A stretch of DNA of 64,000 nucleotides. Source: Felis catus. Taxonomy: Eukaryota. The notes under the pieces are model-generated. The model ran no database searches and was not told where the DNA came from. It was given only the letters and a program-made list of their open reading frames with translations. The position numbers and the translations under genes were made by a program. Location of the stretch: assembly GCF_018350175.1 (NCBI RefSeq), contig NC_058368.1:199394001-199458000 (forward strand), read 5' to 3'. Position 1 is the stretch's first letter; each line of letters opens with the position of its first letter. This document shows positions 62,350 to 64,000 of the stretch, in pieces.

Positions 62350-62662
62350 GCTTCTCAAGATCTTTTTACAATTCTGAATCCAAAAAGCTCTGAACACTGG
62401 AAGTTTTTCTGCAAGTTTGTTGCAGATTTATTTGGCTGCAAAACCTAACTGCAACTAATGTGAAGCTTTTCATAGCCTTTCATTATCAATTTAGTGTAAG
62501 CATTCATATGTGTCACTGCAGAAATATTGATGTGCTTGATTATGGGGTGCTGCTCCAGATTCCAGCATTGGTGTTTCATAATATATGGAATTACAAACTG
62601 CATTACCTATTTAAAATGTGAAAAAATCTGAATTCTAAAACACATCTTGTCCTAAAAGTTTT
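62350..62662. mobile_element. MER46C-like TcMar-Tigger fossil, cut by the young L1
   Basis: caattctgaatccaaaaagctctgaa...ctgcagaaatattgatgtgcttgattatggggtgctgc...aaatctgaattctaaaacacatct. Confidence 0.75.
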
Positions 62663-64000
62663 ATTTTTAAAAATTTTTTTGAATATGAAATTTATTGTCA
62701 AATTGATTTCCATACAACACCCAGTGCCCACCCCAACAGGTGCCCTCCTCAATACCCATCACCCACCCTCCCCTCCTTCCCACGCCCCATCAACCCTCAG
62801 TTTGTTCTCAGTTTTTAAGAGTCTCTTACATTTTGGCTCCCTCCCTCTCTAATCTTTTTTTTTTTTTCCTTCCCCTCCCCCATGGTCTTCTATAAAGTTT
62901 CTCAGGATCCACATAAGAGTGAAAACATGTATCTGTCTTTCTCTGCCTCACTTATTTCACTTAGCATAATACTCACCAGTTCCATCCATGTTGCTACAAA
63001 TGGCCAGATTTCATTCTTTCTCATTACCAAGTAGTATTCCATTGTATATACATCTTCTTTATCCATTTGTCAGTTGATGGACATTTAGGCTCTTTCCATA
63101 ATTTGGCTATTGTTGAAAGTGCTGCTATAAACATTGGGGTACAAGTGCCCCTATGCATCAGCACTCCTGTATCCCTTGGGTAAATTCCTAGAAGTGCTAT
63201 TGTTGGGTCATAGGGTAGATCTATTTTTAATTTTTTGAGGAACCTCCACACTGTTTTCCAGAGCGGCTGCACCAGTTTGCATTCCCATCAACAGTGCAAA
63301 AGGGTTCCCGTTTCTCCATATCCTCGCCAGCATCCATAGTCTCCTGATTTGTTCATTTTAGCCACTCTCACTGGTGTGAGGTGGTATCTCAGTGTGGTTT
63401 TAATTTGTATTTCCCTGATGAGGAGTGACCTTGAGCATCTTTTAATGTGCCTATTGGCCATCTGGATGTCTTCCTTAGAGAAGTGTCTATTCATGTCTTC
63501 TGCCCATTTCTTCACTGGATTATTTGTTTTTTGGGTGTGGAGTTTGGTGAGTTCTTTATAGATTTTGGATACTAGCCCTTTGTCCGAGATGTCATTTGCA
63601 AATATCTTTTCCCATCCTGTCGGTTGCCTTTTAGTTTTGTTGATTGTTTCCTTTGCAGTGCAGAAGCTTTTTATCTTCATGAGGTCCCAGTAGTTCATTT
63701 TTGCTTTGAATTCCCTTGCCTTTGGGGATGTGTCAAGTAAGAAATTGCTGTGGCTGAGGTCAGAGAGGTTTTTTCCTGCTTTCTCCTCTAGGGTTTTGAT
63801 GGTTTCCTGTCTCACATTCAAGTCCTTTATCCATTTTGAGTTTATTTTTGCGAATGGTGTAAGAAAGTGGTCTAGTTTCATTCTTCTGCATGTTGCTGTC
63901 CATTTCTCCCAGCACCATTTGTTAAAGAGACTGTTTTTTCCATTGGATATTCTTTCCTGCTTTGTCAAAGGTTAGTTGGCCATACTTTTGTGAGTCCAAT
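62663..64000 (-). mobile_element. young feliform L1 (L1_Fc-like), ORF2 C-terminus plus 3' UTR, running off the window
   Basis: ORFs 63288-63968 and 63024-63272 translate to L1 ORF2 (SLFNKWCW...YHLTPVRVA...[13 protein letters not shown]); in-frame TGG>TGA at 63288-63290 and frameshifts near 63935 and 63050, so it is inactive. Confidence 0.97.

Noticed and set aside
63288..63968. Longest ORF (226 aa) as a cellular gene or active element
   Set aside because: L1 ORF2 C-terminal fragment with a nonsense codon and frameshifts
1..64000. CRISPR arrays, operons or other prokaryotic systems
   Set aside because: Mammalian DNA; no regularly spaced repeat-spacer structure

Overview
Eukaryotic, AT-rich, repeat-dense intergenic or intronic DNA from a felid (cat-family) genome. 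The assignment rests on about 33 tRNA-derived CAN-SINEs (three are near-consensus SINEC_Fc-type copies) and on feliform LINE-1 3' ends. I found no intact cellular protein-coding gene, tRNA, rRNA or CRISPR array. The ORF track is almost all noise from SINEs, microsatellites and decayed L1 ORF2. Content: carnivore and ancient L1 fragments, L2/MIR, MaLR/ERVL/ERV1-type LTRs, hAT and Tigger DNA-transposon fossils, and microsatellites. The best observations are structural: (i) a 311-bp L1-plus-flank segment copied 4.25 kb upstream with 8-bp microhomology; (ii) a near-perfect 123-bp tandem duplication; (iii) a SINE with an apparent 3' transduction; (iv) an orphan L1 5' promoter head; (v) a head-to-head SINE pair 17 bp apart that reused one target site; (vi) a possible old inversion splitting an L1MC-like element; (vii) a speculative minus-strand exon chain with a 21-nt microexon in the TE-poor first 3.3 kb. 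Repeat subfamily names come from recalled consensus sequences and need RepeatMasker/Dfam confirmation. Boundaries of old repeats are approximate. I see no convincing new biological system.
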